In this document: positions 12,748 through 24,939 of the stretch, one piece after another
How positions within the stretch are numbered: the stretch's first letter is position 1
Layout: every line of letters begins with the position of its first letter
From: Octopus vulgaris
Lineage: Eukaryota
DNA length: 64,000 bases
Direction of reading: 5' to 3'
NCBI GenBank assembly: GCA_951406725.2
Contig: OX597815.1
Span: 142,352,001-142,416,000 of the forward strand
Position numbers and translations under genes: made by a program
The notes under the pieces: model-generated
The model's input: only the letters and a program-made list of their open reading frames with translations
Told to the model about the DNA's origin: nothing
The model's database searches: none

Positions 12748-12965
12748 GGCGGCGAGCTGTCAGAAACGTTAACACGCCGGGCAAAATGCTTGGAGGTATT
12801 TCGTCTGTCTTTATGTTCGGATTTCAATTTCCGCCGGGGTCGACTTTGCCTTTCATCCTTTCGGGGTCGATAAATTAAGTACCAGTTGCGTACTGGAGTC
12901 GATCTAACCGACTGGCCACTCCCTCAAACATTGCGGGTCTTGTGCCTTGAGTAGAAAAGAATTCA
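12748..12965 (+). mobile_element. SINE family B (tRNA-headed), short-tail variant, with TSD
   Basis: GGCGGCGAGCTGTCAGAAACGTTAACACGCCGGG..GTCGACTTTGCCTTTCATCCTTTCGGGGTCGATAAATTAAGTACCAG. TSD TGGTACATAT at 12736-12745 and 12966-12975. Confidence 0.92.
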
Positions 12966-15900
12966 TGGTACATATGTCCATTGAATTCCATGCTACATGA
13001 TCTAATATTTGTAGAATAATACATATGAGAGCGAAAAACTAATAGCTGACAGAGACTCTTATAATTGTTTCTAATTTGTATTTCACATCGAAATTAGTGT
13101 CATATTTATAATGACACCATTTATTCAAATAAAATCTGCTAATTATTTAACAGACCTATGAGAACTACTAATTTTGTAGATAATAATGTATTATCGAATA
13201 CTTCTACATAAAAAAAAGCATCGACCTGCAATTTTAAAAGGCATAATTCCGTAATATTTTATTCAATGTTGTATATATTTTAGGTTGAACATTTTGCAGC
13301 AACAGCTGAATAGTTACATGTCTATAGAAACCCAAACGAACCAATCAGTTTCACTATCAACCCGATTACTCATCATTACATATTTCAGGCCAGCTGCTGC
13401 AAAATTGCTAGGTATTCCTTCGTTTTAGTTTTCTTCCTTTCAATATATGCTACGTAACCGATTAAGCATAGATTTGATGTCGATCAATGAAGAAATGTCG
13501 GGGGAAAATTTCATATATGCAAGGTATCATTACCTCAAATGAAAACTGGAAGCCAGTAAATTTCAGTCCATTCATACATCGACTTCTGATGGAATGTCTT
13601 TGATATCTTATGTAATTACTTACAATTGTTTGCTACAGTCAGTGCTGATTGTAAATATATAGAAGCCTGTTATTCTACGAGAAAAAGTTGAAGATCAAAA
13701 GGGTAATTTTGACGAAGTGCAGTGCTAAACATTCCAAGCGAGGTGAATCTGTAATGGTTTATAAACAAAAGAATTACTTTTATGATAAATCAGGCGTATA
13801 AAGGCAAGCATGACAAACCTTAAAATATGTTCGCCTTTGTTCCAGTTTTCATTGGTTTACTATATTCTTCTAATATAAAAAGCTTCTGCATTTTACAGCG
13901 AAATGCGTTTCACATAATACACAAAGGAAGATTTACCTTCACATAAGAAGAGAAACCTTCTAGCTGTCGGATCAATATTTAGTGTTAAACAACTGACGAA
14001 ATTCAGATATATTCTATGATTGGTTTTATTCATTTCCTGACTCCCACGAAGTATTTATTTTTGTTTACACCATGACCGTTTTGGGTTCACTTCTCTTTTG
14101 AATCTGATTAACTTGCGTTCTTAAATTTCTCTTCAGAAGGATTAAAACCAACAATTCCTTTATCGCTTACAGCACCAGTTTAAAAACGTATAATGGTAAA
14201 AATGTAATTTATTAGGTTTAACCTGTTATTAGGATATCTAAATTATAACCAATGCGTCCGTCAAGATTTATGCAATAAATGTTAGTATTCGTTATAATAG
14301 CGGTAATCGTATCAGTAGTACTAGTAATTGTAATAGCTGCAGCAGCACCAGTAGCGATAGCCCCAGCAGCTACAGGGAGAGTAAATTTGTTCGAAGCAAT
14401 GTCGTATTTATCGAGATGTAGTCTATTAACAGTGAGCATTCACATATGAGTAGTTCTTTTGCTTAGTCGTAGGTCAGCCCTATTAAAGTAATCTTGCGTT
14501 CATAATAGTGCCACCTTGATCATTTCCACGATTGTCGATGTAAGACTACGCTTTGCAATGAACCCTTTATTGTGTAAGAATGGTAAGTTGTGATTGGAGC
14601 AAATTTATTGCTTTCTAGCATAAAAAGCGACTAGATAGATACACTCTCCTTGGTTTGTAAGATAGGTAGTTTCCTCCTTTATATTGTCGTTTATGATGAT
14701 ATTTAGATTCATATGAATCCTGTTCGATGCATTCCAGAGACAAACATCCCAATTGTTCTCATGCATTATGTAACATGCGTTCTATTAAATGCCATTTCTT
14801 TACTGTGTGAATTGATGGCGATGAAACACGTATTTCTGACAGATACAGCGAGCATATAGAGACTCTCTTTTCTTTAGCTCGTAGTGGTGACAGGAGTATT
14901 TTGAGGACAATTCAGGGAAAGATGTCTAAATATGCAGCATTTAGATTTATAAATTATAGGTATTATCATACCGATAACACTGATGATTTCGTGAACATTC
15001 ATATTGTGCATAACGTTAATGTTATACACAATGTCCACGCACACACGCACATATATACATGAATGCGTACATACATCGTATATATATTGTAGCAGCAACA
15101 CATGATAAGGTTATGATGGAATACAGAAAGCGGGATTATATAACAGAAGGAATGAAACAGAAAAGGAAATCAGAATTAATTTCTTAATCTTTGCAATTAT
15201 ACGTTGCAACATCTATGACATTTATGTAAATAATTACGCCTGCTTAGCGATACTGTTACTTCGGGAACCTCAATTTCATAGCTGAAGTGGCCTTTAATGG
15301 CGAGTAATTAACATTTCAATAATTTAACATCAAGCGTTAATTGATTATAACTGATTGAAAGTCATTACACATTCATAAATTCTTGAATTCATTAATGCAT
15401 CTTTTCATGAAAACTATAATACATTTCCTATTATTAACAAGTATTTCAGTAAAATAAATTGCTAAACATTTCAGGAATTAATCTAACGAATAAGAAATAT
15501 ATTTTCATATTGAATTTCCTTCTTTTGGTTATATGCCTGTGTCTATGTGTGTCTCTGAGTATGTAATACGTGCGTTTGTGTGTTTAATTACATTTAATTC
15601 GTGACGAATATCCTTGATAGAGGTTTCAACTGAAAGTGAGCGCAAACATGCCAATCAATGGTTCACTACACCCTTCCATTTAATTCCATGTATTTCAATA
15701 GTGCCTCGAATAGATTTACAGTCAATACATGCAATTAATGGAGAGCCTTTATAATGTGTAAATTTAGGATGCAGCTACGTTTCATGTCAGCACATAATGA
15801 GATACATTTGTATGTATCAAATCTGTTATTTAATTTAGATTAACTTCCGATGAAACATAGGAAGAAAAATACTGAAATAAAAAAGACATAATAATCATTA

Positions 15901-16789
15901 GCTGAAGCAATAAAACATTCATCTTAAAACGTGACGTGAAATTAATTTTGAGTAAAATATTTAAACGTACTTCTTTTTTGCTAATTTGAAAGCAATATTT
16001 AAAACTAGATTAATATATTTTCATTGACATACGATCGTCGCATTACCTACAGCAATATGGACGTGATATACCCTATACATGTCATATGATATTCTTAATG
16101 ACACAAGCACAACAGCTGTAACTGGCACATATTGCAATAATAATGTATTTGGAGATCGTACAGGCATTTTTGAATTTGGACAGTTCAGTATTAAAGGAAG
16201 ATACGATAAAACGGCTTACAAAATGGAATATACGTTATTTAGTGTCCAAAATTTGCCCGAACACCCCTATAAAGACACCCATGCCTAATTATTGATAATT
16301 ATGCTGATGTCTTTTAGCGTTAGTATATGCAAATTATCACAATATTCCATCAGCAAATTGATTAACGAGTTTTCAATTAAACATATTTATGTGCATTACA
16401 ACGGTAGTTTGTTCTTGTAGATTTATTTGCACATTACTTGTCATGTTAATCGAAATACTAGTCTAGGTTATGTCATGGGCGCCCTCCATATGTTTTGAGA
16501 CCACCTATAGGGAAAGTTCCGCTCATAAATCCAAGCATATGCGGAAAAAAAGAATTGCAGATCATAAATAACTTGCTGTCAATACAATTTCGATAAAATT
16601 TTTTATCGCGAGGGGCATCAATTTTTAACAGGAATTATATTTTTTTTAAATCGCTTTGAAACGGGTACTCAAAATCTGCAGTAAAGAATTCCCTTTGTTA
16701 GTTGACACTGACATTTTTAAAGCCATTTGTACAAAATAAAACTTTGATCAAATTAATGCTATCATATATGAGATTTTTCGGCGCATGTA

Positions 16790-17232
16790 TGCGCAAGCGT
16801 GTCTTCGAGATACTTACTTCGGATTCACACATTTCCGGGTTCAGTCCTACTGCGTAGTACTTTGGTCAAGTATCTTCTAGCTACTAGGATAGCCTTAGGC
16901 TGACCAAACCTTTCACAGTGTATTTTTTCGACAGAATCAGAAAATACTCTGTCGTATATATCTATATGTGTGTGTATGTGAATGCGTGTGTAAGTGCATC
17001 TTTGTGTCTACGTTTGTCCCCCACCGCCTGTTCAAAACAGGTATTGGTTTGTTTACGTCCCAGTAACATAGCGGTTCAGCAAAACCGATCGATAGAATAA
17101 ATACCAAATTTTTTAAAAAATGTGATCGATTCATTCGACTAAATCTTCTTTAAGCCACTAAGCTGCGGCCATGTTGGGACATGGCCGCAGCTTAGTGACT
17201 AAAACGGGTAAAGGAAGGTAAAAGATAAAAAA
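16790..17232 (+). mobile_element. SINE family A, diverged full-length copy
   Basis: TTCCGGGTTCAGTCCTACTGCGT head, GTTTACGTCCCAGTAAC body, CATGGCCGCAG tail. Confidence 0.85.
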
Positions 17233-17319
17233 GTATACCTTCTCAAAAGAAATTCAGCAGGTTTTATGGTTATGATATTCCCAAGATTCTGTGTCTTCCT
17301 AAAATCTGTACTTTTGTAT

Positions 17320-17682
17320 CTCTCTTTCTCTTTCTCTTTTACTTGTTTGTCATTTGACTGCGGCCATGCTGGAGCACCGCCTTTTGTCGAGCAAATCGAC
17401 TCCGGGACTTATTCTTTGTAAGTCCAGTACTTATTCTATCGTACTCTTTTGCCAAACCGCTAAGTGATGGGGACGTAAACACACCAGCGTCAGTTGTCAA
17501 GCAATGCTAGGGGGACAAACACAGACACACAAACATATACACACACATACGTATATATATACATATATACGACAGGCTTCTTTCAGTTTCCGTCTAGCAA
17601 AGACACTTGCCCAAGATGCCACACAGTGGGACTGAACCCAGAACCATGTGGTTGGTAAGCAAGCTACTTACCACACAGCCAA
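17320..17682 (-). mobile_element. SINE family A, young copy with internal deletion and an EMPTY target site
   Basis: Uninterrupted GGTTGGTAAGCAAGCTACTTACCACACAGCC at 17650-17680. Confidence 0.92.
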
Positions 17683-17833
17683 ACCTGGTGGTGGTTTCAA
17701 TACTTTTGTTAATAAAAAAATATATCACTGAATCCTGTGTTCTTGATAACATTCTTTTTTCACACCAAACTCCAAATTGATGAAAATTCCCTTTAGTATT
17801 TAGGACTGCATCTATACGTACTGCTGTGCTTAC

Positions 17834-17952
17834 CTGAAAATATCGACAGCATTTGCTCGACCAGAACACTGACCACATAAGACTTTACAAATGTGAAAGC
17901 GTCTGCAAATGGATATATACTCACCAATACTGTGTCTTGTACTGAATAACGA
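17834..17952 (-). other. Candidate 119-nt internal exon, unidentified
   Basis: Acceptor TTTTTTTGTCTCTGTAATTATTCAG| and consensus donor CAG|GTAAGC. Two frames are open (RYSVQDTVLVSIYPFADAFTFVKSYVVSVLVEQMLSIFS or SLFSTRHSIGEYISICRRFHICKVLCGQCSGRANAVDIF). Confidence 0.35.
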
Positions 17953-18390
17953 CTGAATAATTACAGAGACAAAAAAAATGTAAGACAAGTATCCAAATGA
18001 AAAGAAAACAATTATTAGAACTGTACAACAGCTAAAAAATTCCCACCGCTGTAAAGAATCACATATAACAAAAGATGCCTGCAGACAAGAGAAAACAAAT
18101 TTTATAAAAGAAACAAAAAAATGTACTCGCTAGAAATTAAGAACTAGCGAAGCAATTGTGTTCTTACATGTTTATAGCTACATACACAAGTAATTTGTCG
18201 TATGTTTATACAACCAGTCGTAGCTACACGCACACTGTCGATAGTTTGTTTGAAATTAAGAGAATAAACTGTACGACAGTTGATGCAAATTGACTATGAT
18301 GGTTCTACAACACCTAGTTTAAATGAGATAAAAACATAGTCATTACAATTTACTAAGTGCTAAGTGCAATAACTTCAGGATGTATTTATA

Positions 18391-19648
18391 TTGGGTTGGT
18401 AAGGTAGTAATTTCGTTTTTCGAAAATAGATAGATTTAAGATTTTTTTGAATGACTTTTCTTAATGTTATATATTTTTCCTTTTGACATTTGATAGCCGT
18501 TACTTTTAGCTTACTTTAGAAGCAAATTGCGCGTAATTTTGTGTACAGCTGATAGTTCAGTGTCAGTTTTAACATGGAGTGCAAAAACTAACATTTTCGC
18601 CATATTTTAATTTTTTATATTTCCGTAAATGTAAGAAAGCTGCTGAAGCTCCCAAAGAGATATGTGAGGTTTATGGTGATAATTGCTTAATAGAACGCAC
18701 AAGTAAAAATGTTTTAAAATTCCATTCTGCAAATTGTGCATTCAAAGATGATCAAAGTTCTAGTCAACCTACTGAAGCTGATGATGTCCAAATGAAAGCC
18801 ATAATTGAATCTGATTGTCATATAACTGTGCGAAAGATTGCAGAGAAATTAAATGTTTCACATATAACAATTGAAAATCACTTAAAATGTTATGGTCCCC
18901 TTACGAAGCTCGATATTTGTGTTCCACTTCAATTGAAAGAGTTTCACGTGACACAACGAATCACTATATTGCGATATGCATCGCAAACGCAATGATATCG
19001 ACCATTTTCTGAAAGGAATTACCACTGGTGTTGAAAAATGGATTGTCTACAATAACATCAATAGAAAACCATCATGGTCCAAGCGTAATGAACCAGCACA
19101 AGCTCCAGCGAAAGCTGAATTGCATAAAAAAAAGTTATGCTATAAATTTGGGGAGGGGGGATTACGAAGATGTTTTGTATTTTGAACTGCTTCCAACGGC
19201 CCAAAAGATCTATTCAGATGTTTGCTTCCAACAACTAACGAAATTGAAGGAAGCAATCAAGTAAAAACAGTCAGAATTGGCAAATCGTCAAGGAATCGTG
19301 TTCCACTATGACAACGCAACGCTAGACCACACACGTCTTTGCTTACTCGTGAAAAAATTATTTGAGCTAAGTTGGGAGGTGAGTTACCCGCACCATATAG
19401 CCCTAATCTTGGACCTTCAGATTACCATTTATTTCGAAGTTCTTTGCAAGGTAAAACCTTCAATAATGATAACGACCTGAAATCGCACTTGCTTTAGTTT
19501 TGGGCTGATTAGGATCAGAATCATGAAGTTGCCGGGAAAATGGCAAAAAATCATCGAAGAAAATGGAATATTTATAATTGATTTAAGATCATTCTTTGTA
19601 CGAAAAAATATGACTTATTTCAAACTAATTACTTTCTTGCCAACTCAA
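18391..19648 (+). mobile_element. Full-length mariner (DD34D, Hsmar1/cecropia-like TIR), transposase pseudogene at about 18574-19585
   Basis: TA-flanked TIRs TTGGGTTGGTAAGGTAGTAATT / AATTACTTTCTTGCCAACTCAA. Motifs ITVRKIAEKLNVSH (HTH), ICVPLQL (WVPHEL), ITTGVEKWIVYNN, HYDNA, YSPNLGPSDYHLFRS. Several frameshifts. Confidence 0.95.
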
Positions 19649-19884
19649 TACACTACTGGAGTAAAGTACGTTCGATTGCATACACACATGTATGCATGTG
19701 TCTGTGTGTCTATACACACACACATATGTGTATACATTTGCAGGCATGCATACATACATGTATGTATATTTATACATATGTGTATGTATTTGTGTGCATG
19801 TTTGTGGGGGTGCCTGTTGATCCATTCCCTAAATTACAATATGGAAGCAGAAGACCACTGAGAAAGCACCATTTGGATTTTGTT

Positions 19885-22800
19885 GCTCTTTTACATGTTT
19901 CAGCCATTTGACTGCGACCATGCTGGAGCACCGCCTTTAGTCGAGCAAACCCACCCCAGGACTTATTCTTTGTAAGCCTAGTACTTAGTATATCGGTTTC
20001 TTTTGCCGAACCACTAAGTTACGCGGACGCAAACACACCACCATCGGTTGTCAAGCGATGTTGGGGGGACAACCACGCACACACATGCATACGAGCATGG
20101 ATACATACATACGCACATGCGTACGTATGTACATACACACATACATACACACATACATACATACATACATACATACATACATACATACATACATACATAC
20201 ATACGCACATACATACATACATACGCACAATAGTAAAACAATAGAGATAAAGATCTGATAATAGATTTTAGGGTATAGTTTCGGGAGTAAGCATCGTAAA
20301 TCACTTTCTAGCTTCGGCCGTAGGAAGTTGAAATTTGATAGCTTTGTGATGAGTGGTCACTCTACATCCATCCATCGCTACAGGTTTATAGATTTATGTT
20401 TTATAGAGTGTGTGTGCGTGCATATACACACACATACATATATACATACATACATACATACATACATACATACATACATGCATACACAGGCGTATGTACG
20501 TACATGCATACGTACATACATACACACATGTATGCATACATACACACATACATACGTACATATATATGACGAACTAACTGTTACTTTCTTAGATGCAGCA
20601 CGGACTTTGTCAGTGAACAGGTCGCGGATTTTAGCGACGAAAATATTTTGACAAATTAAACTTAAATGTTGAAGTGAATCGAACGGCTTTTGTGTGTTTC
20701 TTAAATGGCTTATAAACACCTTCCACGCTGCAATTGTTTTCGTTTCAGCACACGATCTCAGATCAAATTACTTGCTATGCGAGTACATCTCCGTAATATA
20801 TATATGTATATATATATATATATATACATATATACGACGGGCGTCTTTCAGTTTTCGACTACCAAATCCACTCACAAGTTTTTGGTCGGCCTGAGGCTAT
20901 AGTAGAAGACACTTGCCCAAGTTTTCACGCAGTGGGAATGAACCCAGGACACCATGTGGTTGGTAAGCAAGCTACTTTATTTCATTTTATTTGCCATAGA
21001 GGCAGTATACAGCGTAGCTGCGGGCTGGACAAGAGATTAATGAGGAAAATGATAATAATACAAGATGATAAAGTTGAGAGAAAGAGCCCGCCAATTTCCT
21101 GCTTCTCTAAAACATTGTTCGTTACAAACAACATATATAGAGGTATTAAACCTCATACAAATATATACAAAAAGTGGGACTAGAAGTCCATCACAAAGGA
21201 AACAAATTTTATACATATGGAGGCGATAATCCTCTTACATTACTCCCACAATTAACTCTTCTGTGGCCTGCAGGTATTCCCGCAACCACCAATCGGAGCC
21301 AAAGTAAAGTAATCTGTATTCCTCCTTTGGGAAGGATGTTGACCTGTAGAAAAATATTTTCTTTCCAGTACCAGTGCTGCCACCTGCGAAGGCCACTCTG
21401 GAATGTCAATAAAAATGGTGTCCATCAGAACCCAACTATCAAGGTTATATTCCACATATTCCTCAATCGCACCTCCCTTGCAATAGAGGAATACAAATTC
21501 CTCATCACTTTCAATGAGAGGGAACTCAACTACCTCGCTCAGTGGCACACATTCCATCGACAAGGTTTCCTTCTTCTCCCCGCTCGGTGCCACACATCCC
21601 ACCGAAGGGAATTCGGGACATGCCGTCGCCGGCAATGTCCCGTTTTCCATTTTCTTCTTTCTTTTCCCCTTTGTGACGGAAGGGTGGAGTTCCTCCGACA
21701 TGTCTGGAGGTCCCTCCTCCCCTCCCGCCATCTCAGGGTCCATCGGTGGGCAATCATTTATGTCCGCCTTCCTTCGCTTAGTACCTTTTCTCGAGGAGGT
21801 TACTTCCTCCTCGACTTTCTCACTCTCTCCCTCAAATGAAGGAGCAAGAGGCTCCGTTGAGGGAACAGTGGGTTAACAGTCATCAATCAACTGTTCCAGG
21901 ACCTTCACCTGGTCTCGGCAACAGTTCTTCTTCATGTGCCCTGATTCCAGGCACAGGTGATACTTGGGGGTAGGGGGTCTCTCAATGATCACCGGGTGCC
22001 TAGAATCGTCAATTGTCAAGAAATCTGGTCAAACCAGATCTTCGGCCGATTGGACCCATGGGGTCAAAATAGCTTTTGACCCTACCCGATCGACCACAGG
22101 CAGTATTTTTACATTCAAGAGCCTGGTGGGGCCTCGACAGATAGAAGCTTCTATCCATTCAGCTACAATAGCGGGTGGCAGCCCACACACCCAGGCTCTT
22201 GTCAATTTACGCACACCATAAGTGGGGAGGAACAAGATCTTCCTCCCCTCTATAGGTTGGCTCGTAAATTTCTGAGCCTCCATAGGGGTGTGCACCCCTA
22301 CGTATGAACCTATAAGTTGGCTCAAATCCTGCCAACTCTTCTTCAATTTCACTCTGAGGGAATACACAGATGGTATCCCGGTCTCTCATCATAGTTTTTC
22401 TCATTATAGTTTTTAGCCACTCCTTGCGGGCCACAATTCACCACTCCAAGGCTTTCATATATTTGGTTGCCATTAATAGAATAAACTATAAAAGTTCACA
22501 ACAAAATAAAAAATGTTCAAATAAAAGTCTCTAATGCAAACACAAAAAAGAGCAGAAAGACAGTCAAGAGAAAAAGAACGAACGCAGGCAGTTCAAATGA
22601 CAACAAAAGTCAACTCAGGGAATCGTTTGTAGCACAGTTAAAAATCCCTTACGGCGCAAAAATAACTGCAAAAAATTCCTGATTATACACCAAATGGTAA
22701 AATACTCCAAATGGTAAAATTCTGGTTGTATTCCAATTGGTAAAAATGTACGAAGTGCACACAGTCACATAAAATCATATATCTTCAGAGGGGATACGCC

Positions 22801-23080
22801 CCCTGAAAAACCAAAATTCTCTCAACACAGTGAGTCTTTTTGCACGATCACAGGCAGGCGAATAACCCAATGGAGACCTTTGCTCGTCAAAAGTTATTAA
22901 TTACGAACCAACGGACTCCACTAAGCTCCTTAAAAGAAAAAATAAACGCCTTACCTGTAGTCGTGCTTCAGTTTTTCAATATTTTTACGTAGAACGACGT
23001 GACTTTGGAGCGTCTAAACACGCGAACTCTTCAGTTGTGAAGAAAGCAAGCTACTTACCACACAGTCACTCCCGCGCCTA
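19885..23080 (-). mobile_element. SINE family A copy (tail 19885-20075, mid/head 20835-20977, 5' end 23044-23080) split by an insertion in its tRNA head
   Basis: ACCATGTGGTTGGTAAGCAAGCTACTT ends at 20977 and resumes as AAGCAAGCTACTTACCACACAGTCACTCCCGCGCC at 23044. Confidence 0.88.
20978..23043 (-). mobile_element. 2.07-kb RT-less retroelement with a disrupted ORF1/gag-like gene (about 22470-21200), inserted in a SINE A head
   Basis: Perfect 13-bp TSD AAGCAAGCTACTT (20965-20977, 23044-23056). RKLTRAWVCGLPPAIVAEWI (RRM-like), PVIIERPPTPKYHLCLESGHMKKNC (degenerate CCHC knuckle, about 21915-21995), basic KGKRKKK, then a C-terminal domain. No RT or endonuclease motifs. Confidence 0.88.
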
Positions 23081-24939
23081 TGTAAATTAATGTCTTTAGA
23101 ACATGTGCTGGACGCCTTAAACACAAATGGAATTTATGTGGCCGCCTTGCCTCTGTAAACTGTAAATTGTAGTCAATATGAAATTATCCACCAAGAAAAT
23201 TTCTCTCAAGATTTTCATTCATTATTTATCGATGAAAATTTTGAAATACATATTTCTGAAAATGGTATTCTGCATTATTTATGCGAGAAAATATTGATAT
23301 GAACATGTTTCTCAGTGTTTTAAATAACTAAAATGACTATTGTCCAATATAGCTATTGTAGTACAAACACTTTTCTACATAAACGTATAAAAACGTTCTG
23401 AATATGTCTTAGTGGTACATACGTTAATTGTTTTATGTCTAAATATCCCTACGGTCTGCGCCGTCGAAGTCCCGCTAATGTTTCTAACGGTTACTATAAC
23501 GGTTAGAGCTATGAAGCTGCAGGCTGTTGTCGGAAGTGTCACAGCGAAGATAATATGGATTTCTGATTTAGACACATCCAGCAGTAACAATGGGAGGGTG
23601 CAACCAATGTCATGGACTCAAATATTTGATTGTTATTTCATATCATGAACCCCGAAAGGAGCAGAAGTAAAAATAACTTAATCATGTCTTGAACTCACAA
23701 CATGTGAGACGTAACTACGAGTGTAAAGCTTCTGCTCCAATGTAAATTATTAATATTAAGTAGAAACAGTAATTAAGACGTGAACGAAACCAGAAACACA
23801 CTTCAGTTGACGGAATTTAAATCGAGAGAGACGTCACACAAAGGAATGCATTGTGTTAGTAATTTTTGTGAATTACATTTGAGTTCCTAATGTATCAAGA
23901 GATGTCATATACTTGTCAACAGTTCCTCAGTTGAGATAGAACAATTTCTAAATAAGTTGCAGCTTCTCTTCTTCTGCCTATAAAACTGTGAACATTACTA
24001 TAACTATCACTTTTGAATTGATTCTGTTGAAATAACTACAAATTTTATTTCATTGATTTATCTTGCTTTAAAATGTATATCAGCAACATAATGTTATACT
24101 TGTAATAATATTATTCGATTCCCTTTGAAACGTAATTATTTATATATCTTATCTGGGCGAGAAAACTATGAGAATAATAGTAAGTTTAGTGTTTGTGAGC
24201 GTTAAAATATTAAAAGATGTTTCTGATCATTGGGTTACATTACACATTGGAAAATATACTAAACCATAATCGATCTTGAGACTAGCAATATAAAGTCGGC
24301 GCTTGTGGGAGTCGATGAATATTTTATGGAAATATATCATAGTGATATATTATATTACAAATATTATTAAGCATTTTATTTATATTTTCTACTTTTTCCT
24401 CAACAAACCAGGGAATAACAACATATAACACCCCGGCATCAATAATTTAATTGCAGCAAGTTTCTAATACTGTAGTTTGACGTCAGCTTCCTCACTGGAA
24501 AGGAGCAACGTATTTGTCTATCGATAGTTGCATAGTTAATATATATATAGTTGAATACATGTAGTTTATTCATGTTTTACATTCATCAATGTCTACAGAC
24601 AATCCAGGAAATTGTCAAAGGAATTATTCAAAAACCAATTTAAATATGATTTCCTATGAATGTGTGCCTTTCATACATGAACTCCGTCCATTTCCATATT
24701 ATTATGAAGCATTCAGCATTACTTACCTAACCCAAATATAATACTCATATATGGGAGTTGTAAAATTTAATCACATTCCCAAGTCTAAAATAACAATAAA
24801 CACTATTAAATTTGAATTCTTTCCATATTTACACATTGAAATGAAAAATACGAATTTATCGACTATACAATTAGAATTCAAATAACATGAACAGAAAACC
24901 ACTTTAAACATGTTTCAGTTCATTGATATGTAGATATGA

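Noticed and set aside
16079-16288. 69-aa ORF in unique sequence
   Set aside because: No recognisable motif and no convincing splice sites.
17850-17915. FYVE-like ICRRFHICKVLCGQCS
   Set aside because: Lacks R(R/K)HHCRxCG and the correct Cys spacing.
21174-21876. Plus-strand ORFs of 221 aa and 120 aa
   Set aside because: Antisense shadows of the minus-strand ORF1-like gene.
3528-23080. Segmental duplication as the explanation for the two identical insertion sites
   Set aside because: The inserts, TSD lengths, host SINE sequences and flanks all differ. The shared neighbouring repeat (5085-5225, 20630-20780) lies on opposite sides.
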